NCBI RefSeq assembly: GCF_021869535.1
Contig: NW_026262690.1
Location: 114,886,001 to 114,950,000, forward strand
Length of the DNA: 64,000 nucleotides
Direction of reading: 5' to 3'
From: Mytilus californianus
Taxonomy: Eukaryota
A program made the translations under genes and the position numbers. A model generated the notes under the pieces. It was not told the DNA's origin. It saw nothing but the letters and a program-made list of their open reading frames with translations, and made no database searches. Numbering within the stretch: position 1 is the stretch's first letter; the number at the start of each line of letters is the position of its first letter. Shown here in pieces: positions 38,101 through 50,200 of this stretch.

Positions 38101-41100
38101 ATGTAGAATATCGACTGGCACCAGAATTTAAATTTCCAAGTAACCATGATGATGTTTTGTGTGTTTTTCAATGGGTCAAAGGTCATAAGGAAGAATTAGG
38201 TATTTTTTGTAACTTTTACAATAAGGAATTACAAATGGTTATAGCTATGTTTTAATGCTTAAAAGTAGGGTTGTGGTAAGGGTAAGGGACATGTTAATGA
38301 TGGTTACTCTTTAGCCTTAAATGTTAATTAAGTATTTCAAAAACATTAAAAGTAAAAGATTGCAAGGAATATAGGACAGGTATGAAAAAAATGTATGTGT
38401 GGAATGGGATGTACGTTAAATGATTTATTAAGTTCTTATTACATCAGGATAAAAATATAAATTCATATTTTTTTTCAATTTGCAGTTTAAAGTTTATCAT
38501 GCTCTAGCCGTATAATGCAAATTCTTATAAAAATATGTCACAGCAACTGTTTATTGTAACTGACCATATATTTTTAAGATTTATGTTGTTTTTCAAATCT
38601 TTGCCAGTCATTGGCTACCAACCTGTTTTAAACTTGTGCATCTGTTGACAGGTGGATCATCCAGAAGTACAATTGGAGCAGGTGGGGATAGTGCTGGAGG
38701 TCGATTGGCGGCTGTTGTATGCCATGAAGAACAAGGTATAGATTATCAGGTCAGTCCAAACAGAAGTTTTACGAATCATCAAACCATGGTTGGACAAACA
38801 TTTCACTGTAAACACACAAATATGATTTGATGTCATAGGCCATTTCATTAGCTATAGGTTGTCATATAAAAGTTTTCTTGATCAGGAGGATTTTCAGATC
38901 ATATACAATTTTCAGCGGTTACTGGTCAGGAAAGATTTTCTTTCATCTATTGTAATCGTAATCATGATTTTTGTGCACCTGCTGCGGTGGAGGTGGCATT
39001 GAATGTTACCCTTGTCTGTCTGTGCGTACGTCCCAAAATAAGTTTTTCTTCTCTAACTTTACTTTGCCTCAACCAAATTGGGCTTATACACAATGCTTAT
39101 TACCACAAAACAACATTATATGCAAGCGGGGGAATCATCTGTGTCCCATGGACACATTCTCGATTTAATTTTTATTTTATTTTTGAATACATGAAAAGTA
39201 CATACATCAGATGTTTAGTAATCTGTTGTAGATAAAACCATGAAAATCATAAAAAGGTAATACTGGTTGATAGCAAAAATTACAATTTAAAATATTTACT
39301 TTTCAGATTTTGGTGTATCCTAGTGTTGATAGTACACACTCGTCTCCAGCACATCAAGAGTTTATCAGAGGACCAGCACTTACTAAACAATTGATAGACT
39401 GGTATTAAGAATTCAGTACACTGTATAAAAGGAGGGGGGGGGGGGGGGGGGGGGTTGTAGATCTAGGGTAAGGGAGATAACTCTTTAAAATCAGTACAGT
39501 GTTTAATCAATGCTTTTTAAGCACTCATATGAAACAGAAGTAAAGTAATCTGTGTTTGATTTGCTTTTTTACTTATGAAACAATGTTAACTTATGAAAAC
39601 AGTTGACACAAAATTTAAAGCAATCAGCAAATTGGTTTAAACCCCAAACAAATTAACATACTATTTCTTAGTTATATTTAAACAAAAATCTGAAAAAAGA
39701 ACTGCTTCCTCTAAATTATTTTGTCATCTAATAATTGTTGCCATTTTTTGTTTACAAATAATGAATGAAAATGGGGGCCAAAACTTTATATGGATTGAAG
39801 TGCTCAATGTGCAATTTAAAGACAGTGATTTTCAATTGACAAATGAAGACAATAAAAGTACTGACTATAATATTTTCATATGATAGGTTATATGCTCAAT
39901 AACAAAAGACAAATATATTGACATCTTAATTTTCCTTAAATGATTTTTAGTATGTTCTCTGATTTCTTTATTTTCAGGTTTATTGGCAATTATTTTTCAA
40001 ATGAATCTGACAAGGCAAGTTTGAGAGGTTCACCATTACGGAATGATACCAAGAGTTTTTCTAAGTTACCACCAGCTTTAGTTATTGTGGCTGATATTGA
40101 TCCACTCAGAGATAATGCCATATGTATGTAAAAAAGGGGGAAATTCAACATTGGTAAAATATATAAACAGGGGAATAACCGCTTGATGTCTATATTTGTT
40201 TTGATTGTGTTGACAGGATATTGTCTTATAATTTACCTCACATCACATGTTAAAATTTGATTCTATAGATGTTCTTAAAGCTGATAAAAGTGTAATAGAA
40301 AAATGCCATAATATTTGGATATAACATACATATTATACAGCTTATCCTGAATATTCATGAAATATTTGCCACTGGATATTAAGCAATTAACAATCAATCA
40401 TATAGATATTAAAGAAAACTCCGTTTGGTAAATAAAAAGGGTAGTGTGTACGGCTGAATCCAACACAAAATTAACAGACTCAGGTTGAAAAAAAAAGCAA
40501 GGCATCATTCTCTTTATACAGGATTATGTGCCAGTCTTTGTAAGAATCAGGCAATTTTGAAAGAAATCAAAACATGGCCGGAAAAAACCTACCGACTTAA
40601 CCATCCTATTTTGAAGTTACCCTCATCCTGAGTTAGAAATGGTAGGTCTTTCGTTTCTGCGTGTCTGGTAATTCGAGAAATCTCTAGGTAAATTTTGGTC
40701 AGAATGATAGCAAATTATGGAGTTAGCTCCCCTTAATTGTTAATTTCTAGTGCATTTCAACCAAATCATAACTTGAATTACCAGAACAGGAAAAGGAAAC
40801 AAATATTATATTCGTGCACCATTATACATTTTGAACATAAATTAATGTCAACTTGAGTGGGTTTTTGTTTGTCATGTTTACACCACTGCCTGATTCTTAG
40901 GCAGATTGGCACTTAAGAGCAAACTACAGTGCATTTGAAAATATTAATTATAGCAGTATTGAATTTGAGAAAAAAAAAGTTTGTGGGTATCAGCTTTCCT
41001 GATGGGTTCTCTGGAAATGAGGCTGAAAAAACACAGGTTCTCAATTGAGTGGAGGGTATATATTCATAAATACATAATGTAAATTAAGAAATTTTTGCAA

Positions 41101-43712
41101 TTTTTTTATTTTTGCAAAAAATTCAATGAGATAGGTTTTGTAAAAATAAAAAAATGCAATTGAAATTTTGATAGCATTTTATTTGTAGGCATCATTTTTC
41201 TGAAACTGCAGAATTTAATCTCACATTTTGCCCATTTTTCAACAATTGCAATAATAAATTCATGTATAAATTTCTGAATTTACAGTATTGAATTATTAAA
41301 CATTTATAAATATTCAGCAAATAGTTTACTCAGTAATTATTGAAATGTGGAATTGACTTGTTGATGAGTTCCTGTTGATGTTTTCTAAATATACAATTAT
41401 TAATTTACAGTGTACCATGAGAAGATGAAATCATCTGGAACCAGCAGTGAACTGTTACTTGTCCAAGGTGTTGTCCATGCTTTCTTTACTATGCCAGGTG
41501 AGTTATGTGGAAACAGACTGCTTTTTAAGTTATAGATAATGCATATTTGAAGGTCTTTCTTGTCGTATAACACACTGAGGGGTGTCAGGATAGTTCGAAT
41601 GAAAGACCGACCCTAGGGAGGTCTTTCTTTGGGCAATCAAGACACCACAAGATCAAGTTCGAATCTGGGTGGCATCACTTTCAACCATTCTTGAGTAATG
41701 TCCCTTTATAAATGGAAAATATGCTGAATTTGCTGTTTCTGCACTCTTACTTTACTTTGTATCAACCAAATGTCATGTTATGAAACTTACATACAATGCT
41801 TATTACCACCTAACACAGATCAAGTTCTGATGTGGAAGGTGTCACTATTAGGGTTCTTTAGTTATGTCCCTTTATAAATGGAAACACTGCTGAATTTATC
41901 GTTTATTTACAAATGAGGGCATCTGTGTCCCATGGACACGTTCTTCTTTTATTTTGTTAGTTTTGTCCTTTGATCTATAGATAGGGGTATCCAATCGTAT
42001 TACATCTCCTTTTTATTTATTAGCAGAATGCTGTGTGAACAGTAAAGCTGACAAAATCAATCTATTATATCAGGACATGTTATGAATATGTTTTGGTAAT
42101 TTGACCTGTGGAAATTGAACGCCTGTCTAATCTGATCAAAATCTTCATTTTTTTAGGGTTGTGGTTTAGACAGGTTTTTTTATAAATTTTTTTTTAAATT
42201 TTTACATGGAAATTAAGATCTATAGACAAAGTCTCAAAGGAGAGACTTAACCCTTTAGCCCCCAATCCCGCCTGTAGGCGTGATGGCGACAACCATTCTT
42301 TGATGGCCCGTATGACCCTCCATACCTTTTTTGAACTGCCCCAGCTGAACTGTCATGATAGCAGGGACTTCAACCAAGCAGTTCATGGTCCATAAACTCT
42401 TCTCAGATGTCTGTTCATGAAAATATGGCACTTTGAAAGCCGTTTAAGAGTTCAAAATCGAAAAAAACGTGAAAAGTAGCCAAAATCAGGTGGGGGTGGG
42501 CATCTTTTGATTGCCACTACGTAACTGGTAGTGACTGTAGGTATAAACTATTATCATAAATGCATGCATAGGTGGTACAGGAACACAACGAGGTATAATA
42601 TGGCCAATAGGAATCTAGTCTGTAAAATCTAGGTCACCGTTTTGTCAAAAATCCGTAAAAACGGACATTTAGGCAGACCTGACTTGACAATAATAATTCC
42701 CCAGCAAGACACTTAAGTCCAATATACTCCCAGTTAGCATGAATGTACTGCTGTAACTATAGGGTAATACTTGAATGACAAAGAAAAACAGTCTGGTCAA
42801 TGTTCACCTATCAAGGTCGTTTTAAAATCGGAAAATAGTCGGAAAATTAACATTTTTCAGTGGGGGTGGGTTCAAACCCACGAGAAAATATTCCACCTCC
42901 CACCCCACCCCCGACCCATGCCATCCGCCCCCAAATCTCAATACATAGTTTAATAGATGAGCATCAGTTACAGCATCAAGAGTCTGCTAATTTGCATATA
43001 ATTTGCATATGATTGCAAATTTTCGAAAATGCCTGATTTTCCAGAAATCTCTTGGGGGCGAATGAGTTAAGAATGCTGTTTCAGGTGGCAGCTCAAACAG
43101 CAATTTGGTTACATTTGCTGTGATTAGGTAAGTTAAGGAGAACCTCTACCGGGTAATAATAAGTCTATGATATTTGGTATGAAATTGTATAATTGTATAA
43201 TCATTATAGCACATCTCATTTCCATAGAGATTTGCTGATTAGTTGGCCCTGTCCTCTCAGTTGTGGCTTATTTTGAATTTGAAACTTTTGCATAGTTTAC
43301 ATGTTAAAGTTTGTGATTGGGTCAGTTATAGATAAACCACTGATGGTTAGTCAATGATATTGGGTATGCATTTATAATAAGCACTTCTCATTTGGAGATT
43401 ATTTGCCCCTATTTGCAATCTCTGATCTTCTTTTATATGAACAACAAAGTTAGAAAACTGCATAAACTGCCCCAATATCAGTTAAAAGGACTAAATGTGG
43501 AAAAAAAAATTTCCTGGAAATAAATATCATAGAATAATCTGAATAATACAAAATAAAGAACTTTCCAAATTTTATTTAAGATATATTATATGATTATCTC
43601 CCCTTGGTGCCAATATGAATATTAAATTTTCCTTTCTTTTGTAGGCCATTTTAAAGAATGTTGTAAGAAACCAATAGAAAGATGTACGCAGTTCATTAAA
43701 GAGCATTCCTAA
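35192..43712 (+). CDS. Alpha/beta-hydrolase of the hormone-sensitive lipase (family IV, Abhydrolase_3) type; soluble carboxylesterase, 325 aa, paralog 1
   Basis: Exons 35192-35420, 37366-37498, 38078-38199, 38652-38749, 39307-39401, 39978-40123, 41411-41497, 43645-43712 total 978 nt, all GT-AG, open frame ending in TAA at 43710-43712. Motifs: VYFHGGG oxyanion hole, VEYRLAPE, GDSAGG nucleophile, LVYP, DIDPLRD acid and GVVHAFF histidine, so the Ser-Asp-His triad is complete. Confidence 0.92.
36178..36570. mobile_element. Kolobok-like MITE (TTAA TSD, GG termini)
   Basis: TTAA|GGATGTTCG ... CGAACATCC|TTAA. Confidence 0.7.
36692..36918. mobile_element. PIF/Harbinger (Tourist-like) MITE
   Basis: TTA TSD on both sides. 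TIR GGGAGCAACCATTTAACTTCAAGGGG pairs with CCCCTTGAAGTTAAATGGTCATTCCC. Confidence 0.8.
39434..39454 (+). repeat. 21-nt poly-G tract in hydrolase-1 intron 5
   Basis: Directly visible homopolymer, 33 nt downstream of the exon 5 donor. Confidence 0.9.
42251..43066. mobile_element. Non-autonomous piggyBac-like element in hydrolase-1 intron 7
   Basis: TTAA on both sides. The ends CCCTTTAGCCCC and GGGGCGAATGAG match at 9 of 12 positions as inverted repeats. GC-richer than the flanks. Confidence 0.65.
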
Positions 43713-43882
43713 TGGTTTAGTGTGGATATTAAAGTGTAAAATATAACATTGAATCGTAAAGGTTCACTAACATTTTGTAAAAAGTGCATAATTGCAAATT
43801 TCAATATATATCATATGTTTTAGGTGATTTTACTAGCTCATTATATTCGTTCATAATTAGTTCATGTTATCTATTCTTGATA

Positions 43883-43888
43883 AATAAA
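43883..43888 (+). terminator. Candidate polyadenylation signal of hydrolase 1
   Basis: AATAAA ~170 nt after the stop codon, followed by T/GT-rich sequence. Confidence 0.45.
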
Positions 43889-46128
43889 AATATATATACC
43901 AGTATATAAATGTTTTGTGTAGCACAGTTCTTAAATGCAGTTTTAAGCATAAGACAAATTATTCTTTGTATATCACCTCAAAATCCATATACTTTTCAGA
44001 AATTAATTAATTTAAGTCTTATAACACAGTCTTGACAGTTTTTAGAAATTTGTAACAACACAACGAAACATCAATTTAGATTATGATTGAAGGATGGACA
44101 GAGAGTAGAAAACATGCTGAACACTATAGTATATGCTACTGAATGGGATATAACATGATCAAGTATTTGACATTATAAGGTCTTTGAATGATTTCAACAG
44201 AGAGTAAATGCATATATATATATACCAATAAACTAGTTTCATTATTAACAAAAAATATTGCTAATAGTGAAGTGGACAATCAAAAATCAAAAGTCTTATA
44301 TTTTAAAAAACAGACACCATGGGCAAAATAAAAACGATGGAAAGACATTGCACAGAAAACTAAAGATTAAGCAACATAATGTTACCGAAGGTTAAAGCTA
44401 GAAGTATCATAAATGTTAAATTGTAACATATTGTACAGAATTCCGTTGACAAGTTTCCATTAAACAGACTATTAGTTACTTTTCTGAAGTTTTCAAGATT
44501 CTCCAAAAAGGTATAAAAGTCATGAGGGGTTTTTTTTGGACTTAACTTTAGTTTGTTCCTATTATGGATGACATGTAATTTTAAAAATTATATGACTTTA
44601 GCTCCTCAAACTTTTGGTCTGGTGCATAACCCATGAAGGCTCTTCCAGACAGATGTTTTGTGAATACAGAAATAGAGGTGTCAATAGATATAAGAAGATG
44701 TGGTATGAGTGCCAATGAGACAACTCTCCATCCAAGTCACAATTTGTAAAAGTAAACAATTATAGGTCAGACTTCTTTTAATAATTTTATAAGTTCTTAA
44801 TATAGATCATTGCCATATAGGTAGATCAAATTAATTAAACCATCACACCATAAAATCTGTACCAATTTTCTTTGAAACACAATGGGAACTGCATGTACTG
44901 TTGGATTGTCATGTAACATAAAATTTTATCAATATTTACTCTTAGTCTTTTATATACCCGGTATGTAAAGAAAAGATATTCTGTGTTAAAGGCAGTATTT
45001 CATTATTGAATAATGCTCATTGGAACAAAACCTTTGTATATCATATGAAAATAAGAAGATGTGGTATAATTGCCAATGAGACAACACTCCACCAGAGACC
45101 AAATGACATACAAGTTTACAACTATAGGTCACTGTACGGCCTTCAACAATGAGCAAAAGCTATAGCACATACAGGTATTCAGCTATAAGAGGCCCCTAAA
45201 ATGACAAATGTAAATTAATTCAAACTAAGAGATAAAAGAAGATGTGGTATGAGTGCCAATGAGACAACTCTCCATCCAAGTCACAATTTATAAAAGTAAA
45301 CCAGTATAGGTCAAAGTAAACCATTATAGGCCTGATTTATGTACAAAACAATCCACAAATGACTACTTTAAAAGTTATATTCATTTACCAAATCAGCCAT
45401 TCAAGATGGCTGGTCTTAGCCTGACAAGAGTTCTTTGAGGGATAAGTATATTGCAATCGTTTATACAACAAATACACATAAAATATATCTGAAGAGTTTA
45501 CTATATATGACTTAGCATGTCATATTGTTCTTGTCTGTATTGAAATCTGATTGAAAATTTAAGACAAAGTGTGATAGCTAGTGATTCAATAATGTTCAAT
45601 GGCTTTCCAACTGTTACATTGCTTTGTGATTAGGCAATCAGTTTGAATCTTCAATCATATATTTGAAAAAGTTATAGATACATTATGTTTTTACTTTTGT
45701 ATTTGTAAATTACACTAATTGCAGCTAGTTCAATCATTTGACAGTTTATCATTAAATCTTTCTACAACATATCTGTAAAATATCATACTTCAATTGAAGT
45801 TCAATTACTGGTGAAATGTTATGATCTGACTATTCTGTTAGGAAGAAATAAAATAAAAGACTGACAGATTGACTCAAATTAAAAGGTCAACTCATAGACT
45901 GTGTGGAATTTGACAATTAAACTCAAACGTTAACTCAAGTTTCACCGTACCCCTTTTGACAAACATAAAAAATACTATTACATTGATTTAGTATGACATA
46001 AATTAAAATTCATGGTGAGGTATTAGTCACTTTGGATCTGATCTACCAACTAAACTATCTGCCATTTGGAGAGTTCCTTTTGCATTGTCCCATTGGGAAA
46101 CCATCAACACAAAAAAAAACCTCTGATA

Positions 46129-46340
46129 TACTGTGAATTCATTTATTTTCGTGGATACCAATTTCGTGGATTGAGGAAAAACTGTATTTTTGTTGATATT
46201 TGGTTTCATGATTCTGCTAAAGTCTGCATACAAGCATTTATAAAAAAATTGTACTTCTAGAACATTTAAAAATTTGTGTCTAGATCATTCACGAAATCAA
46301 CAAAAATTGGTATTCCACGAATAATAATGAATCCACAGAA
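46129..46340. mobile_element. MITE with TACTGTG(A/G)ATTCATT termini; related copy at 7706-7893
   Basis: TACTGTGAATTCATTTATTTTCGTGG ... CCACGAATAATAATGAATCCACAG; the 7706 copy is homologous. Confidence 0.7.
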
Positions 46341-47053
46341 CCTAAGAAACAACTACAAATTTTGTACAATAACATGTTGTAAGGACCTAGCTTTTGATCC
46401 AGCCAAGCTGGAACTATGTCATCATTCTACATTTTCTTTCCTAAGGCAAATTGAGGTCAAGAATTGTGTATTACATTGTGTAATAGAAAGTATGTTAAAT
46501 CATTTTATACAATACATGCTCTTGTATTACATAATTGACCTCAATAGAATCTTAGATTGATGATCTATAATCTATTGAAATGATTCATCAATAATTACAT
46601 TTCATCCACACTACATAAAATTATGCTGTAAATTATGTGCCAAAGATAAATGATAAAGGATTAATAAGATGTTTTTTTTTTTTCCAAACTGAAAGATAAG
46701 GCAAAAAATAAAATCTGTTTATAAAATGCAAGCAGGGTCTATTTACTTGTAATCTGGTTTTACTGTGGATTTACAAAATATATGGATACTATTGCTAAAA
46801 ATAGATGTTTAAAAATACTGTAAATGTCACCAAGCAGCCAAAAATCTGTGAAAATAATACATTGATGACTGCCCAGGTCAATTGATTTAAACTACCGGTA
46901 AAATAAAACTGATACACAATTTATAACATATAAATTTCACGTTCTTTCATTTAAATAATACCGGTAGTAAATAAATCATCATAAAGTATAAAGGCTATAA
47001 ACACAAATCTTTGAAAAGCAGGAATCTGACTAGCACTGATAGTACTTTGATGG

Positions 47054-47135
47054 ACTTTCACTTTCACTTTGATGTGGTTTTTCCCCTACAAAAATAAAGT
47101 GGAATAGTCCACTTTGCATTTCAGCGGAAGTGAAA
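47054..47135. promoter_or_regulatory. IRF-E/ISRE, kB-like and ETS-IRF motif cluster upstream of hydrolase 2
   Basis: ACTTTCACTTTCACTTT (AAAGTGAAAGTGAAAGT on minus) at 47054-47070, TGGTTTTTCCCC at 47075-47086 and GGAAGTGAAA at 47126-47135; all within 80-160 bp of the ATG at 47214. Confidence 0.5.
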
Positions 47136-47213
47136 GAAATTCACCGGTAGCAAAATAAGATTATTTTGGTTCATTAATATGTTAAAGGTGTGATGTGATT
47201 GCAAACAATAGCC

Positions 47214-50200
47214 ATGTCTGAAGCTTTAAATGATTTAAAAAAGAAATACAAAGTGCACGAAGAGACAGAAAGCTATTTTAAGCTAAGAACCGAAAATGGA
47301 AATAACAAGCCTTACTATGAAATGTCATTTGATGAAGCCAGGGTTCAAAAAGAAGAAATAGCAAAACAATTTGGAGGAGAAGTGGAATTCGAAGGAAGTG
47401 TTAAAGATTTTACTGTTCCATCACCATATGTTAAGGGTATGTTTATCTTGGTGAAGTCCTTTCTTTTGCTTAGTAAATAGAAAAAAGGGGGGATGGAATT
47501 GTATCCAGACAAATGTACATCTAGACCTCCCTAGCAGTCCTGTTGGCTTTGATCTACAATATAATTTGTAAATCACATACATGTACCAGTAAGTATTGGC
47601 TCATAGTGTAAAGATTTGAATAAAGAAGGGAATTTAAAATATAAATTAGCAATACTTATTCTCCCAATTATTGAATTAATGCATTTTCCTGGAAAATCTT
47701 ATTCTACAAAACAAATATCTTCATGTCACAGTGTCTTTTGACACCTTTCCCCTGAATTACCCCCAGGTCAACAGGGCCAGTTAAGTCATAAAACGGAAAT
47801 AGGAAACTCATCTTAAGTCTAGAGGGTGACATATACATGTACATGTATATGCACTTTTGTAATGTGCAATATTGTGATTTGCTTATACATGTATATATTT
47901 TCAGTTTGAAAGTTATATTTGTACAAAGAAAGGTAAATGACAACTTTTTGGATTGAAACTATGAAAATGTGCAAGTTGAAATAGCCAATACTGAAAGCTG
48001 TGTGCTGATCTTTTTTTTTATATTTTTAAGATGTAAATAAAATTGATTGATGATGTAGATTATCTTTTAACATTCCAACTTCGAGAATGGTAAAAATGAA
48101 CAATAGTATGTCTGCTTTGATCTTCATGTATCAAATGAATGTCTTTAATTATATACATGCAGAAAGGAATATGCACATTTTTGCCAAACTATTCCATCTA
48201 AAAACATATCACAGCTATTTCACTTCACATGATGAACAGTGACGTAATTTGTTCAATTATCTTTTAGTAGACTTTTTTAAAAATTTATATTTAGAAACTT
48301 TTATTTTGTATTGTCATTTAATAATCCAAAATAAAATTATGCCCCAAATATATGCATTAAATTAAATAAAAGCAACCTTTAACCAACATTGTATACAGAT
48401 GCAGATGTGATAATTGTTATGTACAGGCATGGCAATACAATTGTAACGGGAGTGAAGTTTCCTACTGACTTCGTTGTCTTCCCGTTGTCTACCCAAGTTC
48501 TGGGATATTTGACAAACTATAAAACCACGTAAATATAAACAAGATGTTTATTAAGAGACATACGTTATGGCTCAATATAAGTTACATACAAGAATAATAA
48601 AATATACGGTCGTGGCTAGTCTACTTGTCATTGTAAAGTTCCCTATTTGCAAGCCAAACCGTATGAGCGTCTGCTCATTTCAAATCCTAAGTGTAGACTG
48701 CCCTGAACCCGGTGAGTGACGTCATACTTATAGTTCCTCGGGTCAACGAGCTCGGCCGGGCCGGAAGTCAGGCACATGCAGAAGCAGGAAGTCCCGACAA
48801 GAATAATTTACATGGCCGGTATCGGGAGAAAGAGTTACGGAACTATAAATAATACTATAACATTAACCAATTTCCCCAAATAAATAGAATAAACAAGTAA
48901 ACAAAGTGACCACCACTACACAATATGTATAATGTATATATCAATTAGAATTATTGTCTTGATATGCATTTCCACATGTCAAAGTTTAGGGGACCATGTC
49001 CTACTGGGACTCTGTTAATTTTCTTTCCTGCAATTGATTAAAATAAATATATATATAAGTACGTCTAAACAAGTGACAACTCTTCGACAGATCCAAGCAT
49101 TGGATCACCAGTGAAGGTGATACACGGCTGAAACGCATATTATATTCATAATTACTCTAAATACAGCACAACAATGATAAATCTGCAAATTTGCGGAAGC
49201 AAATTTTTGTTCTTCCCTCGCCGGGATTCGAACTCATGCTATATATATATATATGATGGAATTACCAATAAACATTACAAATACATGAAAATTGTGATCT
49301 TCATCCAATTTTAACATTGGACAATTAGAAAGTTACAAATGCATAAGAGGAAATAAAGTTATTTGGTACTGTACAAGTAATTTGCAATGAGTTGATCATG
49401 TTGATAGGAATTGATGAATTTCTTGTGATGTCACAATATTGACTGCTTTGACCAATATTTAATTAGCTACTCTACTCTGTTTTCTCTCTTTCAAGAGAAT
49501 TTTAATGCACAATCAGGTATACATTTTGGCCAATTTTATCTTCTTGACTAAATCCACTGTATTTAAGAAAGAATTCAGCATAGGAAAAAGTCAATAACAT
49601 TATGTGCATACTGCACACTATCTTTGAAAGAATCTGTAATGTAGTAAATGGCTGTAGGCTTGCAACAAATTTCAGCAGGAACTGGTTTAGTTAATTGATT
49701 GTCATTCTAGTCACACTGACTGTTTAATTTATAATATCTGCTATTATTAATAAGTATGATTTTTTTTAGGAAATTATTTTACAGGTAGTAAAAGAAAACA
49801 CTAATATTTACAAAAATGTGTCTATACTTTAGTGAATTTTGAGGGGGGGGTATGATTGGAGTCCAAAGACATGTTACTAAAAACAAAAACATTTTAACCG
49901 GTAATAATTTTTCTCAATTTCATTGTATCAACTTTTGGGGGGATGGTAAATTCTCACATCTACGGCAAATTTGCACAACATACATGTATCAATTTTTTAT
50001 GCCCCACTTAGGGGCATTATGATTTTCGGTCTGTGCATCTGTTCGTTCGTTCTTTGTGCGTCTGTCCTGCTTCAGGTTAATGTTTTTGGTCAAGGTAGCT
50101 TTTGATGAAGTTGAAGTCCAATCAACTTGAAATTTAGTACACACGTTCCATATGATATGATCTTTCTAGTTTTAATGCCAAATTAGAGATTTGACCCCAA

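Noticed and set aside
49065-49245. B-box and hairpin-containing fragment between (TA)n runs
   Set aside because: A truncated repeat with no A-box; too incomplete to classify or to call an RNA gene.
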